Under the pieces are notes generated by a model. It saw only the letters and a program-made list of their open reading frames with translations, was not told the origin of the DNA and did no database searches. This document shows positions 30,075 to 40,536 of a stretch of 64,000 nucleotides of DNA, piece by piece. The stretch spans positions 3,040,001-3,104,000 of the forward strand of contig OY760074.1 of the NCBI GenBank assembly GCA_963663035.1, given 5' to 3'. The DNA is from Acidobacteriota bacterium. Lineage in GTDB: Bacteria > Acidobacteriota > UBA6911 > RPQK01 > JADFOI01. Within the stretch, counting starts at the first letter, position 1, and every line of letters begins with the position of its first letter. A program made the position numbers and the translations under genes.

Positions 30075-30331
30075 CCCGGGTTATGCATAGGTTCTCGTCA
30101 TGAAGCGGCGAAAGCGCCGGAAAACAGAGCCGCAGGCTTTAGCCCACGGGCCCGCAGGCTAAAGCCTGCGGGCCCGAACTGGCGCGCGACGGGTACCCGC
30201 CACGGGTCGGCCCCCGCAAACGTACTCTTGAGTACGTTGAGGAGGCCGAGGGGTACCCGCTTGCGGGTCACGCAACGCTGGCAGGCCGGATGATTTCGTA
30301 GCTGCAGTAGAGAATTTATGCATAATCCGGG
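30075..30331. mobile_element. MITE/REPIN-like element copy D (end type 2, all modules)
   Basis: CCCGGGTTATGCATAGGTTCTC...GAGAATTTATGCATAATCCGGG; starts 1 nt after the xerC TAA. Confidence 0.8.
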
Positions 30332-30406
30332 CTTGAGGCCGCAGTTTACTTCGAATTCGTTTTTTGTTAGATTGTGTTGTCTTTAGGACTCAATGAAGGC
30401 TCAGCT

Positions 30407-30676
30407 ATGGTTTTAGTAAAAGAGAGCAAGGGCGAGATCATCTCGAATTACCGACTGCACGACAAGGATACAGGCTCGCCTGAGGTTCAAGTTGCCATTC
30501 TGACTGAGCGAATCAATTATTTAACTGAACACTTTAAAACCCATCAACAGGACCATCACTCTCGCCGAGGCCTACTCAAACTGGTGGGCCAGCGCCGACG
30601 TCTACTGGACTACGTCAAGCGGATCGAGTTCAGGCGCTATAAGGAATTAATCGAGCGGTTGGGAATCCGTAAATAA
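30407..30676 (+). CDS. rpsO: 30S ribosomal protein S15
   Basis: [26 protein letters not shown]; 89 aa from ATG 30407. Confidence 0.97.
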   Translation: MVLVKESKGEIISNYRLHDKDTGSPEVQVAILTERINYLTEHFKTHQQDHHSRRGLLKLVGQRRRLLDYVKRIEFRRYKELIERLGIRK

Positions 30677-30705
30677 CAGAGAGAACAGCAGCGCAAGAGA
30701 CCTTC

Positions 30706-30804
30706 CTGCTGGATTCACTGAAGGCATTCCGCAAATGTAATCCTCTCTTCCCTTCTGGCAAGCAGATGATCCAGAATCAGAGGAGATTGGGTGAAATCAA
30801 GCAG
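30706..30804 (+). promoter_or_regulatory. Long imperfect stem-loop in the pnp leader (putative RNase III site)
   Basis: Nested imperfect pairings CTGCTGGATTCAC/GTGAAATCAAGCAG, AATCCTCTC/GAGGAGATT and TTCTGG/CCAGAA. Confidence 0.55.
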
Positions 30805-30822
30805 TTGGAGGAAATAAATTAG

Positions 30823-32979
30823 ATGAGTGAGACCGTCAGCCTGTCTCTAGGAGAGCGCGAACTCTCCATTGAGATCGGTAAATTAGCAAAACAAGCAGAT
30901 GGCGCGGCACTGCTGCGCAGTGGAGAGACGGCTGTTCTGGTGACAGCCTGTTCTGAGAGTGACCCCAGGGAAGGCCTTTCGTTTTTTCCCTTGACCTGTG
31001 ATTACCGGGAAAATTCCTACGCCGCTGGGAAGATACCAGGAGGCTTTTTTAAGCGCGAGGGAAGGCCGACGGAGAAGGAAATCCTGACCTGTCGCTTGAT
31101 TGATCGTCCCTTGCGACCTCTCTTTCCAGACAACTTTCGTTGTGAAACGCAAATAATTGCCATGGTCCTGTCAGCTGAACCCGAATTCAACCCGGATGTT
31201 CTCGCCATCAACGGAGCCTCGGCTGCACTGTACCTGTCCGACATACCCTTTCATAATCCTATTGGTGCTGTACGTGTGGGCCTGGTCGATAACCAGTTCC
31301 TTTTAAACCCGACATTTCCACAATTGGAGAAAAGTGCTCTCAACATGATTGTTGTTGGCACAGAAGAAGCTATTGTTATGGTGGAGGCGACGGGTCGCCA
31401 AGTGAAGGAAGATAAGGTGGTGGAGGCCCTCGACTTCGCCCATCAGGCCATCCGCCAGATTATTGACAAGATCAAAGAATTAGCCAACCGTTTGGACATT
31501 AAGAAACGCACGTTCGAGCCGGTGACCTATGACCCTGAGCTGGAACGACTGGTTGAGGAAGCGGCAACTGAGAAAATTCTTGAAGCGCTCGGTACTCCGG
31601 ACAAGCGGGCCAGCGAGCGAAAAATGAAGACCTACCGCAAAGAGATGGTGGAGACACTCGCCGCAGACGATGAGGAGAAACGCGGCAATGTCAGCGCTAT
31701 CTTTGAGCGAGTGAAGGAAAAGATCTTTCGTCGTGAGCTGCTGGAGAATAAGAAGCGCCCCGATGGGCGGGCCTTCGACCAGATTCGATCCATTTCCGGG
31801 GAGGTTTCCCTCCTTCCCAGAGCCCATGGCTCGGCGGTTTTTACTCGAGGAGAAACTCAGGCGCTGGTAACGGTCACCCTGGGCACGGGTGAAGATGTGC
31901 AGCGATTGGATGACATCACCGGCGAGTCCTCCAAGTCCTTTATGCTCCACTACAACTTCCCGCCTTTCTCTGTGGGTGAGGTGGCCTTTCTGCGGGGCCC
32001 CAGTCGCCGTTCAATTGGGCACGGAGTTCTGGCAGAGCGAGCGATCTCGACGGTGTTGCCTGATGAGTCGATCTTTCCATACACCATTCGTATAGTTTCG
32101 GACATTCTCGAGTCCAATGGTTCTTCTTCAATGGCCACAGTGTGTGGCGCTATCCTGGCTCTTCACGACGCAGGGGTCCCAATCCAGGGCTCAGTTGCCG
32201 GGGTGGCCATGGGACTCGTCATGGGAGACGACACTCACGCCATTCTCTCGGACATTGCGGGTTTTGAGGATCATTATGGGGACATGGACTTTAAGGTGGC
32301 CGGCACTGCCGAAGGGATCACGGCACTGCAAATGGATATCAAGATTACAGGTGTCACCTCTGAGATCCTGGCCCAGACACTGGAGCAGGCCAGAGTGGGC
32401 CGTTTGCACATTCTGGAAAAGATGGCCCAAACCATTTCGGAACCTCGCTCCACCATCTCCCCCTTTGCTCCCAGGATCACCACCATGAACATTCCGATCT
32501 CCAAGATTGGTGAGGTCATCGGTCCCGGCGGAAAGATGATTCGGAGCATCATTGAAGAGACCGGCGTCAAGATCGACATCGAAGATGACGGAACAATCAA
32601 AATTGCTTCTATCGACGGCGAGTCGACCGAGAAAGCAATCGAGATCATAAAAGGACTCACCGTCACGGCTGAGATCGGCAAGAACTACCTGGGGAAAGTC
32701 AAAAAGGTGGTAGACTTTGGAGCCTTCGTGGAGATCCTCCCTCGGACAGAAGGGCTGTTGCATATCTCCGAAGTCGCCGATCATCACATTAAAGACATCC
32801 GGACCGAGATCCGGCTCGGGGATAAGATTCTGGTCAAAGTGCTCAACATTGATGACCAGGGCAAGATCAGGCTCAGTCGCCGGGCGGTCCTCAAAGAAGA
32901 AGGCGGCACTAGCAACCGAGATGACCCCGCAAAGTCTGAAACAGGCGCTCCAGAGCTTCAAAGCAGGGAAGATCAGTGA
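30823..32979 (+). CDS. pnp: Polyribonucleotide nucleotidyltransferase
   Basis: [40 protein letters not shown] and S1 domains. Confidence 0.98.
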   Translation: MSETVSLSLGERELSIEIGKLAKQADGAALLRSGETAVLVTACSESDPREGLSFFPLTCDYRENSYAAGKIPGGFFKREGRPTEKEILTCRLIDRPLRPLFPDNFRCETQIIAMVLSAEPEFNPDVLAINGASAALYLSDIPFHNPIGAVRVGLVDNQFLLNPTFPQLEKSALNMIVVGTEEAIVMVEATGRQVKEDKVVEALDFAHQAIRQIIDKIKELANRLDIKKRTFEPVTYDPELERLVEEAATEKILEALGTPDKRASERKMKTYRKEMVETLAADDEEKRGNVSAIFERVKEKIFRRELLENKKRPDGRAFDQIRSISGEVSLLPRAHGSAVFTRGETQALVTVTLGTGEDVQRLDDITGESSKSFMLHYNFPPFSVGEVAFLRGPSRRSIGHGVLAERAISTVLPDESIFPYTIRIVSDILESNGSSSMATVCGAILALHDAGVPIQGSVAGVAMGLVMGDDTHAILSDIAGFEDHYGDMDFKVAGTAEGITALQMDIKITGVTSEILAQTLEQARVGRLHILEKMAQTISEPRSTISPFAPRITTMNIPISKIGEVIGPGGKMIRSIIEETGVKIDIEDDGTIKIASIDGESTEKAIEIIKGLTVTAEIGKNYLGKVKKVVDFGAFVEILPRTEGLLHISEVADHHIKDIRTEIRLGDKILVKVLNIDDQGKIRLSRRAVLKEEGGTSNRDDPAKSETGAPELQSREDQ

Positions 32980-33679
32980 AGAGCAGATCCTTTCACGCCT
33001 GAAAGAACTGCCCTACCAGGATCTGGGATTTGCCAAGGTTGACCACCATCGCAGCTTGCGCCATGGCTTCCCTGAAGTCATCTTTGGGAAGGGGAAGAGC
33101 ACCGAGCAGATCATAGCCATTGCTGAGGCTTTGGTCAGCAAGAATCCGAACATCCTGATTACTTCTGCAGGTCCACAGGTTTTTCAAGAATTACAATCTC
33201 GCTACGAACTCTGTGAGTATCATTCCAATTGCCAGGCGGTGACCATCATCCATGAGCCCTTTCCCAGCGGGCGAGGCAAAATCGGGATCTTTAGTGCCGG
33301 CACTGCGGATATCCCAGTCGCTGAAGAAGCACTGGTTACAGCTCAGTTCATGGGAAACGAGGTCAGCACCTGCTACGATGTGGGCGTGGCCGGATTGCAC
33401 AGGATACTCGGTCAGCGAGAAGCTCTTCAATCATGCACAGTCGCCATCGTAGTCGCGGGCATGGAAGGCGCCTTGCCCAGCGTGGTGGGAGGGTTGGTGG
33501 ATCTTCCCATCATTGCTGTTCCAACCAGTATCGGTTACGGGGCCTCCTTCGGAGGCCTGGCGGCTTTGCTGGGAATGCTCAACAGCTGCTCTTCCAACGT
33601 GGCAGTGGTTAATATCGATAATGGTTTTGGTGCTGGCTACATCGCCAGTTTGATCAATCGACAACGGGAGAGTCGATGA
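32921..33679 (+). CDS. larB: Nickel pincer cofactor biosynthesis protein LarB (PurE-like)
   Basis: [61 protein letters not shown]; start ATG 32921. Confidence 0.9.
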   Translation: MTPQSLKQALQSFKAGKISEEQILSRLKELPYQDLGFAKVDHHRSLRHGFPEVIFGKGKSTEQIIAIAEALVSKNPNILITSAGPQVFQELQSRYELCEYHSNCQAVTIIHEPFPSGRGKIGIFSAGTADIPVAEEALVTAQFMGNEVSTCYDVGVAGLHRILGQREALQSCTVAIVVAGMEGALPSVVGGLVDLPIIAVPTSIGYGASFGGLAALLGMLNSCSSNVAVVNIDNGFGAGYIASLINRQRESR

Positions 33680-35454
33680 AATTCGACGACTCCTTCATCG
33701 ATCAGGTTCGAAACAGCATCAGCATCGTGGATTTAGTGGGTGGATATGTTCGTCTGAAGAAGAAGGGAAAGGATTTTGCTGCGCTCTGTCCGTTCCATTC
33801 TGAGAAGACCCCTTCTTTCCTGGTCAGCGAGAGTAAGCAGATCTTCAAGTGTTTCGGCTGCCAAGCGGGAGGAGACATTTTCCAGTTCATCATGTTGATG
33901 GACAATCTGACCTTCCCTGAATCCATACACCACCTGGCTGAAAACCAGGGCATTCCGGTTCCAAGTGCTACAAAAAAGAGCGATGCCCAAAGTGAGAAAC
34001 GCCAGCGATTCTTGAAGATCCTGGACCGGGCCGCCCATTTCTTTTGTGAGTGGTTGAAAGGGAAAGACGAGGCACTCGCGTATCTCAAGAAGCGCCAGAT
34101 TACTGCTGAGTCGGTCAAGCAATTCTCTATCGGGTATGCTCCTCCGGGTCAGCAGCTCCTGGAGAAACTCAAAGCGGAAGGTTTCGATGTCGAAGAAATG
34201 TTGGCCTGTGGCCTGGTAAGAGAAGGAAATCCCGGCCAGTATTACGATAAATTCCGCAATCGCATTATGCTTCCCATCCATGACCTCTCAGGGAGAACCA
34301 TCGCTTTTGGGGGCCGCAGCCTGGGAGACGGCATCCCCAAATATCTGAATTCCCCAGAGACGATACTCTTTAGTAAGAGTCACAATCTCTATCCCCTGGA
34401 TGTCACACGGAATGAGATTCGACGGCAAGACTTCGCTATCCTGGTGGAGGGCTACTTTGACTGTATCGTCCCGTTTCAGTTCGGAATTCGGAATGTCGTC
34501 GCTTCCCTGGGTACCAGTTTGACCAAGGCTCAGGTCAAGATTCTGGGGCGCTACACGCGGAATGTGATCACCAACTATGACCCCGACTCGGCAGGAAAGG
34601 CAGCGGCCCTGCGCTCAATTGACCTTTTTCTAGAGGAAGGCTTCCGCCTCAACGTCCTGCAACTTCCCGAGGGAGAAGACCCCGACACCTTCGTGCAAAA
34701 ACAGGGGGCTGAGGTTTATCAAGGGAAACTCAGGGCTTCGCAGTCTTACCTGGACTTTGCGCTGTCTCAGTTCATGAGTGAACAAAGAGACGCTTTTAGC
34801 CCCAAAGGAAAGCAGGAGATCGTTTCGAAGATTTTGCCCTATCTAGTGAAAATTCCCAACCTGGTTGAGCGGGCAGAGTATCTCACACGCATTGCTTCCC
34901 GCCTCCAGGTCGATGAAGACTTGCTCATGCTGGAAATGAGAAAAATGCCCGGGCGCAAAAGGGAAATGGCTCAGCTGAACTATGCCCTCCCGGCCGATCA
35001 GGTCACCCCAGCTGAAAACACTTTACTGCTGGCTATGCTGGAGACGGAATGGGCAGCGATTACCTTCCAGCAGTTGGAACCTGAGCTTTTCGAGGGGTTG
35101 CGCACCCAAGAGATTTTCCAGAGCATCTTTCAGCTAAAGGAGCAAGTCGAGGAGATCACGACCATCGGCCTGAGGCAGGAGCTCGCCGATGAGGCAGATC
35201 GAGATCTCATCGAAGGGGTGGCTCTGCGTTCGACCGGCTTTCCTCTCTCGGAGGAGATCATCAGAAGCAGCATCCAGGCACTCAGAAAAAAACACCACGA
35301 GCGGCTCAGTCGTCAACTTCAGGAGGAAATCAAAGCAGAAGAAAAGGAGGGCTCCAGCTCTAGCAGAATCAATGAGCTGCTAGTCCAGAAAGAGCAGCTC
35401 CGCCAGACAATGAAGGAGGAGGAAACTGCTATTTCCTCCAAAACGCTCCAGTGA
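33676..35454 (+). CDS. dnaG: DNA primase
   Basis: [15 protein letters not shown] zinc finger, [26 protein letters not shown]. Confidence 0.96.
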   Translation: MKFDDSFIDQVRNSISIVDLVGGYVRLKKKGKDFAALCPFHSEKTPSFLVSESKQIFKCFGCQAGGDIFQFIMLMDNLTFPESIHHLAENQGIPVPSATKKSDAQSEKRQRFLKILDRAAHFFCEWLKGKDEALAYLKKRQITAESVKQFSIGYAPPGQQLLEKLKAEGFDVEEMLACGLVREGNPGQYYDKFRNRIMLPIHDLSGRTIAFGGRSLGDGIPKYLNSPETILFSKSHNLYPLDVTRNEIRRQDFAILVEGYFDCIVPFQFGIRNVVASLGTSLTKAQVKILGRYTRNVITNYDPDSAGKAAALRSIDLFLEEGFRLNVLQLPEGEDPDTFVQKQGAEVYQGKLRASQSYLDFALSQFMSEQRDAFSPKGKQEIVSKILPYLVKIPNLVERAEYLTRIASRLQVDEDLLMLEMRKMPGRKREMAQLNYALPADQVTPAENTLLLAMLETEWAAITFQQLEPELFEGLRTQEIFQSIFQLKEQVEEITTIGLRQELADEADRDLIEGVALRSTGFPLSEEIIRSSIQALRKKHHERLSRQLQEEIKAEEKEGSSSSRINELLVQKEQLRQTMKEEETAISSKTLQ

Positions 35455-36877
35455 AAAGCACCAGCAGGGTGTAATACTCTAATCGTCCCGCCAGCATGCA
35501 AAAGCTCAACACCCATTTCACTAGCGGGACTAGCTGCGCATAATTCTCTGAGGGTCCGACATCACCCAGCCCGGGCCCTATATTAAACATAGAGGCCGCC
35601 ACGGCAGAGATGGCGGTTAAGACATCCACACCCAGAGCTGTGAGGGCCATGCAGGCTGCGAAATTGATCAAGAAAGCGATGTAGACAAGGTTCAGAAGAC
35701 TCTGAATCGCATTCTCGCTCACGGCTTCCGCGTTGAAGCGAACGGCAAAAACTCCCCGTCGCTCCACTATGCGCCGAAATTCACGTCCCACGACACGAAA
35801 GAGCAGGACTAACCTGGCCACCTTCATCCCTCCTGCCGTTGAACCGGTGCAGCCCCCGGCAAACATCAGCGCCAAAAGCAGCAATTGAGCAAAAGGAGTC
35901 CAAAGCTCAAAGTTGGCCGATGAAAAGCCTGTGGTGGTCATGATCGAAACCACCTGGAAAAGAGCCACCCGGTGAGCCTCGAAAAAACCCAGGGAACTGA
36001 GGCTCAGTGTGAGCGTCAAGGCCGCTGTCGCTGCAAACAGGAGCACAACATAGAATCGAGTCTCCTGATCCTTGAAGAAAGCCCGGGGACGACGCTCCAC
36101 GAGGAGACGATAGTGCTGGGTGAAGTTCAGACCCGCCACTACCATGAAGAAGATGATGATGTATTCGATTGTAGGGCTGGCGAAAGCTTCTATGCTGGCA
36201 TTTCGAGTAGAGAAACCTCCCGTTGCCATGGTGGAGAAGGTGTGGCAGATGGCCTCAAAAAGGTCCATCCCAGCCCCCCACAGGGCAAGACATTCAGCCA
36301 AACTGAAGACGACGTAAAGCTTCCAGAGCGCCAGTGCAGTCTCGGCCACTCGAGGAGTCAATTTTTCGGAGCGAGCACCTGAAAACTCCGCGCGGTAGAG
36401 CTCCATCCCCCCGGTGCCAATGAGAGGAAGTATGGCAATGCCCAGCAGAATGATCCCCATTCCTCCGATCCAGTGGGTGAGAGAGCGCCATAACAGCAGG
36501 CTCCTGGGCAAGGCTTCAATATCTTCCAGAATGGTGGCACCGGTGGTGGTGAAACCCGAGATCGACTCAAAAAAGGCATCGGTGAAATTTCCAAAGTAGT
36601 CAGAAAAATAGAAGGGTAGAGCTCCAACCAGGCCGGATGTGACCCAAATGATGATGACGAGCAGGATTCCTTCACGATTGGAGATCTCCTGAGGAGGAGA
36701 GCGGAATACCAGGCAAAGAACACCTCCCAGGCTCACTGCCATCAGTGTCGCCAGGGCAAGCGAACGGAAACCATCATCCTGAAGGAAAAGAGCAACCAGG
36801 GTTACAATACCCAAGGTCACGCCCAGCGCCAGGATAAAGAGTCCTGTGACCTGCAGAAGAATGCGCCAACTGATCAC
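35429..36877 (-). CDS. trkH: Trk potassium uptake membrane protein
   Basis: FESISGFTTTGAT, WIGGMG, TGGFS, GSTAGG, NIGPG, GRLE. Confidence 0.94.
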   Translation of the reverse strand: MISWRILLQVTGLFILALGVTLGIVTLVALFLQDDGFRSLALATLMAVSLGGVLCLVFRSPPQEISNREGILLVIIIWVTSGLVGALPFYFSDYFGNFTDAFFESISGFTTTGATILEDIEALPRSLLLWRSLTHWIGGMGIILLGIAILPLIGTGGMELYRAEFSGARSEKLTPRVAETALALWKLYVVFSLAECLALWGAGMDLFEAICHTFSTMATGGFSTRNASIEAFASPTIEYIIIFFMVVAGLNFTQHYRLLVERRPRAFFKDQETRFYVVLLFAATAALTLTLSLSSLGFFEAHRVALFQVVSIMTTTGFSSANFELWTPFAQLLLLALMFAGGCTGSTAGGMKVARLVLLFRVVGREFRRIVERRGVFAVRFNAEAVSENAIQSLLNLVYIAFLINFAACMALTALGVDVLTAISAVAASMFNIGPGLGDVGPSENYAQLVPLVKWVLSFCMLAGRLEYYTLLVLFTGAFWRK

Positions 36878-38250
36878 GCTTTCTCTCTTCCAGACCCAAC
36901 AAGAAAAGCCGACTCAAGCTCGGGCACCAGGAGTTCCAGGCAGAAAAAAATGACCCGGTCTCCATCTTGAATGACCGCATCGCCGCGGGGAACAATCACC
37001 TCACCGGAAGGTCGCACGATGGCTCCAACGATCGCACCACGGGGCAAATGAAGATCTCTCAATTTCTTCCCCAAGAACTTAGAACCGGGAGTAGCCACCA
37101 GTTCGATGGCTTCAGCTTCTTCCTCGCGTAAGGTTGTAACCGAAAGGACATGCCCTTTTCGAACAAACTGCAGGATTCGATCCACTACCACCAGCCGGCT
37201 GCTGAAAATCGAGTTGATCCCAAGAAGCTGGGCCATGGGAAGAAAGTCCAGCCGGTTGACCAGAGCGATCGCCTTTCGGGCTCCCAGACGCTTGGCCAGC
37301 AGCGATGAGATAATGTTCTCCTCGTCATCTCCCGTCAGTGCCAGATAAGCGTCAATGCCTTCAATGTTTTCCTCCAACAGAATTCCCTGATCTGAGCCGT
37401 CAGCATGAACGATGACCGTGCTTTCCACCAAGGTGGAGATCTTCTCACAGCGAGGCAAGTCATGTTCAAAGAGCTTCACCTGAACACCCATTTCTTCCAG
37501 CTGCAGAGCGACTTCGATGCCGATTTGCTTCCCGCCCAAGATGAAGACGCGTTTCACCTTCTGCGTTTCTTCAATACCCATGAAATCCAATGTTTCAGAC
37601 ATCTTGGAGGTGGGCGCGACGATATAGGCGTGATCCCCCACATGCAGTCGATCCTCTCCTCGAGGAATAATGACCTGCTGCCCCCGAAAAATCATAGCCA
37701 TGAGAGAATTCTTGGGAGGCCCACTTCTCTCCAGATCCGCCATACTCTTACCCACCACCCAGCTGTCTCGAGTGATATTGGTTCCGATCAATTGCACCTT
37801 TCCTTCTGCAAACTCCAGAATTTCGGAGATGCCAGGCAGGCCGACCACTCGAAGGATGCGTTGGGCTGTCTCTCGGTCGGGATGGATAACCAGATCAATA
37901 TTCAGAAGCTGGCCGGCACAGACTGATCGCCACAGGTCCACCTCATGGGTGCGAAGCCGTGCGACTTTGATTTTGACGTTTGAGTAAGCCTGGGCAATCA
38001 GACAGCCCAGGAGATTGGCCTCATCGCTGTTGGTGACGGCGATGAGCATATCCGCATCATCCAGACTCGCCCTCTTCAGGATCCGAATGCTGCTGGCATT
38101 CCCTCGGATAACCTTGGCATCGAGAAGTTCCTCGAGCTCAACACACCGTTCTTCGCGCCCTTCCACGATGATGACTTCATTTTTCTCTCGGATCAGACGA
38201 CGAGCCACCAGAGTGCCCACAGCACCGCCCCCTAAGATCAGAATTCGCAT
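36874..38250 (-). CDS. trkA: Trk potassium uptake NAD-binding protein
   Basis: Two RCK-N/RCK-C pairs, ILGGGAVG; 458 aa. Confidence 0.93.
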   Translation of the reverse strand: MRILILGGGAVGTLVARRLIREKNEVIIVEGREERCVELEELLDAKVIRGNASSIRILKRASLDDADMLIAVTNSDEANLLGCLIAQAYSNVKIKVARLRTHEVDLWRSVCAGQLLNIDLVIHPDRETAQRILRVVGLPGISEILEFAEGKVQLIGTNITRDSWVVGKSMADLERSGPPKNSLMAMIFRGQQVIIPRGEDRLHVGDHAYIVAPTSKMSETLDFMGIEETQKVKRVFILGGKQIGIEVALQLEEMGVQVKLFEHDLPRCEKISTLVESTVIVHADGSDQGILLEENIEGIDAYLALTGDDEENIISSLLAKRLGARKAIALVNRLDFLPMAQLLGINSIFSSRLVVVDRILQFVRKGHVLSVTTLREEEAEAIELVATPGSKFLGKKLRDLHLPRGAIVGAIVRPSGEVIVPRGDAVIQDGDRVIFFCLELLVPELESAFLVGSGREKA

Positions 38251-38321
38251 TGGAGTCTTGGAGAATACACTGAAAAATCAAATGCCGCAAAGGGCCAGTC
38301 TTACTGGTATTATGAGCTCGG

Positions 38322-39212
38322 ATGAAGTTTCATGATTTTTACGCCAGTGGCCATCCCGTCATTTCTTTTGAGCTATTTCCTCCCCACACCGATCGAGGTT
38401 TGGCCAAACTCGAAAGGCGACTTCCAAAACTCATCGCCTTGCAGCCTTCTTTCTTAACCGTGACCTACGGTGCACTGGGGACGACCCGGGACCGTACCCT
38501 GGAAGTGGTCTCCAAGATTAAGAATATCTACCATCAAGACGTTGCACATCATCTCACCTGCGTCGCAAGCACTCAGGAGGAGATTGCCCAACTTCTCGAG
38601 GATCTCCGGCGAGAGAACATTGAAAATATTGTGGCTCTGCGCGGCGACCCCCCTCAAGGTGAAACGGAATTCAAACCTCCCAAAGGAGGCTATCGTTACG
38701 GAAATGAGTTGGTTTCCCACATTCGAAAATTCGGGGGGTTTGGGATTGCCGTTGCGGGCTATCCGGAGAAGCATATTGAAGCGACCGATTTTGAAACCGA
38801 TCTGAAGAACTTGAAGAGGAAAGTCGATGCTGGTGCCGATGTAGTCATCACCCAGCTCTTTTATGACAACCACCTCTTTTATGCATTTGTCGATCGCTGT
38901 CGAGCTATCGGTATCACGAAACCCATTGTTCCCGGACTTTTGCCCATCTTGAACCTCGAGCAGATCAAGCGGATCACCCGAATGTGCGGTGCCAGCATTC
39001 CCCGAGAACTTCTCGAGAAGCTGACCAATTCGGGAGACAATCAGGACCGAGTCCATGAAATTGGCATTAACCACACGGTTGCTCAGGCAGTAGATCTTCT
39101 GAACCACGGGGTTTCAGGGATTCACTTTTACGTACTCAACCAGTACTTCCACATTGCAGAAATCATGGAACACCTTCGGCCGATACTGGAGCAAGGCACT
39201 AATCCGAGATAG
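38322..39212 (+). CDS. metF: Methylenetetrahydrofolate reductase
   Basis: SFELFPP, VTYGA, HLTC, ALRGDPP, AGYPEKH, ITQLF, HFYVLN. Confidence 0.95.
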   Translation: MKFHDFYASGHPVISFELFPPHTDRGLAKLERRLPKLIALQPSFLTVTYGALGTTRDRTLEVVSKIKNIYHQDVAHHLTCVASTQEEIAQLLEDLRRENIENIVALRGDPPQGETEFKPPKGGYRYGNELVSHIRKFGGFGIAVAGYPEKHIEATDFETDLKNLKRKVDAGADVVITQLFYDNHLFYAFVDRCRAIGITKPIVPGLLPILNLEQIKRITRMCGASIPRELLEKLTNSGDNQDRVHEIGINHTVAQAVDLLNHGVSGIHFYVLNQYFHIAEIMEHLRPILEQGTNPR

Positions 39213-39219
39213 CAAGCAG

Positions 39220-39792
39220 CTAGTGCGGTCTCGCATCTGGTTCTTCAGCGACACTCTCCCGGCTGACCCACCGGAAGGAGGAAAGCAAATCTTGGAAGGG
39301 AAGAAGGGCGCTCTGGAGTTGATCCTCCCGATTCGAGGAAAGGACAAACGTAATGAAGTAGCCAGGGACTTCCGTGACGGAAATGATCTCATGTCGCATG
39401 GTTGGGCAATGAAGGGCTTTTGTCAGGAAGGCCCGTGCTCCTATCAGTTCTAACTTTACATCCCCGGCCTCATAGAAGGGACAGCGCAGTTGAAACTCCT
39501 TCATGTCGTCGTCCAGAAAAGTCCGCAGGGTGGCGCCTGGCGCCTTGGGAACAAAGCGGCCAAAAGCAACCACATCAGACTCTCTCCAGGTGGTATTCCG
39601 AGGGTGCATCACGAAGTTGGCAATCTGTTGGGCGGAAGTAAAATCAACATTCCAACCCTCAGGCTCAGTAATGGAAAAAGAATAGTCCCTTCCACCAATA
39701 CGAAGAGTTCTGCCTCCCTGTAGAGGGTAAACTGTGCTCAAAAGGAGGATCAGGGTAAGAGTTCTCCCCATAAGGAAAAGACTACCATGCAA
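39220..39792 (-). CDS. Hypothetical exported protein
   Basis: Hydrophobic N-terminus; real start probably ATG 39771; no family recognised. Confidence 0.6.
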   Translation of the reverse strand: MHGSLFLMGRTLTLILLLSTVYPLQGGRTLRIGGRDYSFSITEPEGWNVDFTSAQQIANFVMHPRNTTWRESDVVAFGRFVPKAPGATLRTFLDDDMKEFQLRCPFYEAGDVKLELIGARAFLTKALHCPTMRHEIISVTEVPGYFITFVLSSNREDQLQSALLPFQDLLSSFRWVSRESVAEEPDARPH

Positions 39793-39947
39793 TTGAGTCT
39801 GGGGGAATAGTGGGCTATCCTACAAAGCACGGCCGTATGGGAGGGGCACCAAAAAAGAAGCAACTATTCGGATCTTTTAATATCCTTGTTTGAGGGCTGT
39901 CATCTAGAGCAACAAATGCTATGATTAGCCCAAAAGGGAGTAACACT

Positions 39948-40433
39948 ATGAGAAAATTTGTGCTTTTAACCTTTATTGGGGTCGTTTTCACTTGGTCCCT
40001 GCTAGGCCAGGGTCGCGTCTCAATGACGGCTCCCGTCCTCAAAGCGGAAACTGAACAGATTAGCTTCACCACTAGATTCTCTGACTTTGTGGCTGGAAGC
40101 GATTATCGTTTGGGGGTGGGCACCACCGGTGACAAAATTGAGGGCGCCGAGTTTGAACTTTCGAAGGACAACGCTCCTCTTTCCACGGAGCTGATCAGTT
40201 TTACTCAAGGTTTTGCCAGCGCCTACTTTGAGGTGGAAGAGATTTCCGTCCAAGGATTCTCCTTCCCCTCCACAGACCTGCCCGGTGCAGGGGAAGAGGT
40301 GGCAATGAAGGTCACCATCCCACGAGCTGAGGCAGAGAGATTGGAAAGAATTTTCATCGTTGTGACAAAGCAATTCGGCCCGGACCGCTGGTACATTATG
40401 GACGGCGGTGAGATTAATTCCACCCACTGGTAA
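39948..40433 (+). CDS. Hypothetical exported beta-rich protein
   Basis: MRKFVLLTFIGVVFTWSLLG signal peptide with GGGAG upstream. Confidence 0.65.
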   Translation: MRKFVLLTFIGVVFTWSLLGQGRVSMTAPVLKAETEQISFTTRFSDFVAGSDYRLGVGTTGDKIEGAEFELSKDNAPLSTELISFTQGFASAYFEVEEISVQGFSFPSTDLPGAGEEVAMKVTIPRAEAERLERIFIVVTKQFGPDRWYIMDGGEINSTHW

Positions 40434-40536
40434 AGTGTTGACCCCTTCGGGCTAGCCCGGATGGTTGATCCGTTCTCCTCGCTGCAGTAGAGCACTTTGC
40501 GCTGCCCCTGTTCCGCTGTCCTTTTGCTCCTTAGTT

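Noticed and set aside
32717-32920. N-terminal extension of larB inside pnp
   Set aside because: This is an alternative-frame overlap with the pnp S1 domain; LarB similarity begins at ATG 32921.
38251-38321. SAM riboswitch before metF, and a glmS ribozyme at 57288-57366
   Set aside because: Both spacers are only 70-80 nt and lack the consensus elements.
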